This document shows, piece by piece, positions 16,990-18,436 of a DNA stretch of 18,436 nt. The notes beneath the pieces are model-generated. The model was given only the letters and a program-made list of their open reading frames with translations. It did no database searches and was not told the DNA's origin. Within the stretch, counting starts at the first letter, position 1. Every line of letters begins with the position of its first letter. Origin of the DNA: Candidatus Jordarchaeales archaeon (lineage in GTDB: Archaea; Asgardarchaeota; Jordiarchaeia; Jordiarchaeales; Freyrarchaeaceae). The stretch spans positions 1 through 18,436 of the forward strand of contig JAWCFL010000032.1 in assembly GCA_038858525.1 (NCBI GenBank), in the 5' to 3' direction. A program made the position numbers and the translations under genes.

Positions 16990-17157
16990 GTGCGAAAAGA
17001 ATGTCCAAAATGTAGAGGAAAGGGAAAAGTTGAATGTTCTGAGTGCGGAGGGAGGGGAAAGTATGACCCCTATAGCGGGCTCGTATGCAGGACGTGCTGG
17101 GGGACAGGACGTATAATGTGTGATTACTGTGATGGTGAAGGGACTGTAGTAGAGTAG
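16990..17157 (+). CDS. Standalone DnaJ-type cysteine-rich zinc-finger small protein (ORF not in supplied track)
   Basis: GTG start, 55 aa: MRKECPKCRGKGKVECSECGGRGKYDPYSGLVCRTCWGTGRIMCDYCDGEGTVVE*. Four CXXCXGXG motifs; begins 11 nt after the ychF stop with a purine-rich GGGCGGGG-like SD. Confidence 0.75.
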   Translation: MRKECPKCRGKGKVECSECGGRGKYDPYSGLVCRTCWGTGRIMCDYCDGEGTVVE

Positions 17158-17296
17158 CATGTAACAAGTTAAAGTATCGTCTAAGTTTTTATAGAAAGGG
17201 GAAATAGGCTTCCTGAAGCAAAAATGCAACACCGCAGTAATCTTTTTAATAGGATAGTAATCATGGGTTTGTCGAAGTTAGTTGGGGGTAAAAGTG

Positions 17297-18436
17297 GTGG
17301 CGAAGATAGTTATTATCGGGGCCGGGGCTGCGGGAACAACAGCAGGAATATGGGCAAGGAAAACAGATAGGAAGGCGGAGATAACATTAGTGACAAAGGA
17401 GAAGTATCCGGAGTATTCTCGGTGCGGTCTTCCATACACCATATCAAAGCATATTTCAGAGTTTACAAACCTCATAACGCATGACGCTGGATGGTATTCG
17501 AGTTTTGGAAAAATGAATTTACTACTAGGAACAGAAGCAACAAACATAAACGTAAAAGATAGAACAGTAGCAATTAAAAACTTGCAGAGCGGCGAAGAAA
17601 AAACGCTTGAATATGATGCGCTAGTAATAGCTACGGGCTCTAGACCGGCTTTTCCACCTATAAAGGGAATAGAAGGAAAAAGTAATGTTTACTCGTTAAG
17701 AACTATAGATGACGCAATGGCAATTCATGAGGCGGCAAAGAAAAGTAAAAGGTGTGTTGTTGTAGGCGCAGGATTAATTGGTGTAGAGACAACGGAGGCG
17801 CTAGTTGAGCTTGGAGTAGAGGTAACCCTCGTTGAGTTCTTGCCAAGCGTTCTTCCATTGATGATTGACGCCGACATGGCGGACATGGTAGAGGACGCGC
17901 TCAAAGAGCATGGGGTAAAAGTATACACGAATACTGCCGTGAGCGAGCTAATAGGTGAAACAAGGGCGGAGAAAGTCGTCTTAAAGAATAGAAATACTGG
18001 AGAGGAAGAAAGAATACCTACGGATTTCGTTGTGATATCTGCAGGAGTGAGGCCTAATACTGAGTTGGCGGTAAAAGCGGGAGTAGCTTTGGGAAGCACC
18101 AAGTATATAAAAGTCGATTCGCGGGCGCGAACCAATATTGAGGGAATATACGCAGCGGGGGACTGTACAGAATATGTTGATTTCGTAACAGGCCAACCTG
18201 TAGCAATAGGCATGGGAACAATAGCTGTGAGGCAAGGCAAGGTAGCAGGAATAAACGCAGCCGGTGGGGACGCTGAAATGCCTAAGGGTGTATTGCTTAC
18301 AAGGATAACGAAGGTTTTTGGGGTGGAAGTAGCAGCGGTAGGCCCTATTACAGACTCATTAGAAAAAACAGGAATAAAGCCGATAGTGGGCAAGATGACG
18401 TATTCGAGTAAGCCAGAGTATATGCCGGGCGGAAAA
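17297..18436 (+). CDS. FAD-dependent pyridine nucleotide-disulfide oxidoreductase (NADH oxidase/CoA-disulfide reductase-like), truncated by window end
   Basis: MAKIVIIGAGAAGTTAGIWARK FAD-binding motif, YSRCGLPYTISKHI redox Cys, ALVIATGSRP, CVVVGAGLIGVETTEALVELGVEVTLVE, IYAAGDCTEYVDFVTG; open to the last base, so absent from the ORF track. Confidence 0.9.
   Translation, partial: MAKIVIIGAGAAGTTAGIWARKTDRKAEITLVTKEKYPEYSRCGLPYTISKHISEFTNLITHDAGWYSSFGKMNLLLGTEATNINVKDRTVAIKNLQSGEEKTLEYDALVIATGSRPAFPPIKGIEGKSNVYSLRTIDDAMAIHEAAKKSKRCVVVGAGLIGVETTEALVELGVEVTLVEFLPSVLPLMIDADMADMVEDALKEHGVKVYTNTAVSELIGETRAEKVVLKNRNTGEEERIPTDFVVISAGVRPNTELAVKAGVALGSTKYIKVDSRARTNIEGIYAAGDCTEYVDFVTGQPVAIGMGTIAVRQGKVAGINAAGGDAEMPKGVLLTRITKVFGVEVAAVGPITDSLEKTGIKPIVGKMTYSSKPEYMPGGK

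Noticed and set aside
17041-17070. Possible frameshift in the DnaJ-type zinc-finger ORF
   Set aside because: On careful re-reading the frame runs through GGRGKYDPYSGLVC without interruption, so no frameshift is needed.
16921-17232. Minus-strand ORFs (103 and 65 aa) over the ychF end
   Set aside because: Antisense to the four CXXCXGXG motifs in the plus-strand small ORF.
17725-18393. 222-aa minus-strand ORF, plus 17981..18235
   Set aside because: Antisense to a clear FAD/NAD oxidoreductase coding frame; low-complexity Ser/Thr/Pro product typical of a shadow ORF.
1-18436. CRISPR array, transposon, prophage, toxin-antitoxin or defence island
   Set aside because: No repeat-spacer pattern, transposase, integrase, restriction, Cas or TA-like coding sequence was seen.

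Overview
This is an archaeal chromosomal window of mostly core and metabolic genes with no mobile element, CRISPR array or tRNA that I could find. Contents in order: the 3' end of an unidentified CDS; a GC-rich structured ncRNA candidate with its own promoter and oligo-T signal on the minus strand; an APH-like kinase; a CysC-like kinase; prs; a solitary rpoA1 (RNAP A'); hisG; a Roadblock/LC7-like protein; a coenzyme F420 module (cofC divergent from cofE-cofD-DUS-like TIM barrel); a small hypothetical protein; an unlisted 59-aa pilin-like ORF; an actin strikingly close to eukaryotic actin; a radical SAM protein with a B12-binding-like N-terminus; a probable DUF2095 protein; a YchF/OBG-family GTPase with TGS-like end; an unlisted 55-aa four-motif DnaJ-type zinc-finger ORF; and a truncated FAD/NAD disulfide oxidoreductase. 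The actin strongly suggests an Asgard archaeon, probably thermophilic given GC-rich RNA in an AT-rich background (inference). The best leads are the ~210-nt ncRNA candidate, the actin locus with its upstream inverted repeat and divergent pilin-like small gene, the standalone DnaJ-type zinc-finger protein, and the F420/DUS-like operon. I see no clear-cut new defence or mobile system; the novelty candidates are individual loci.
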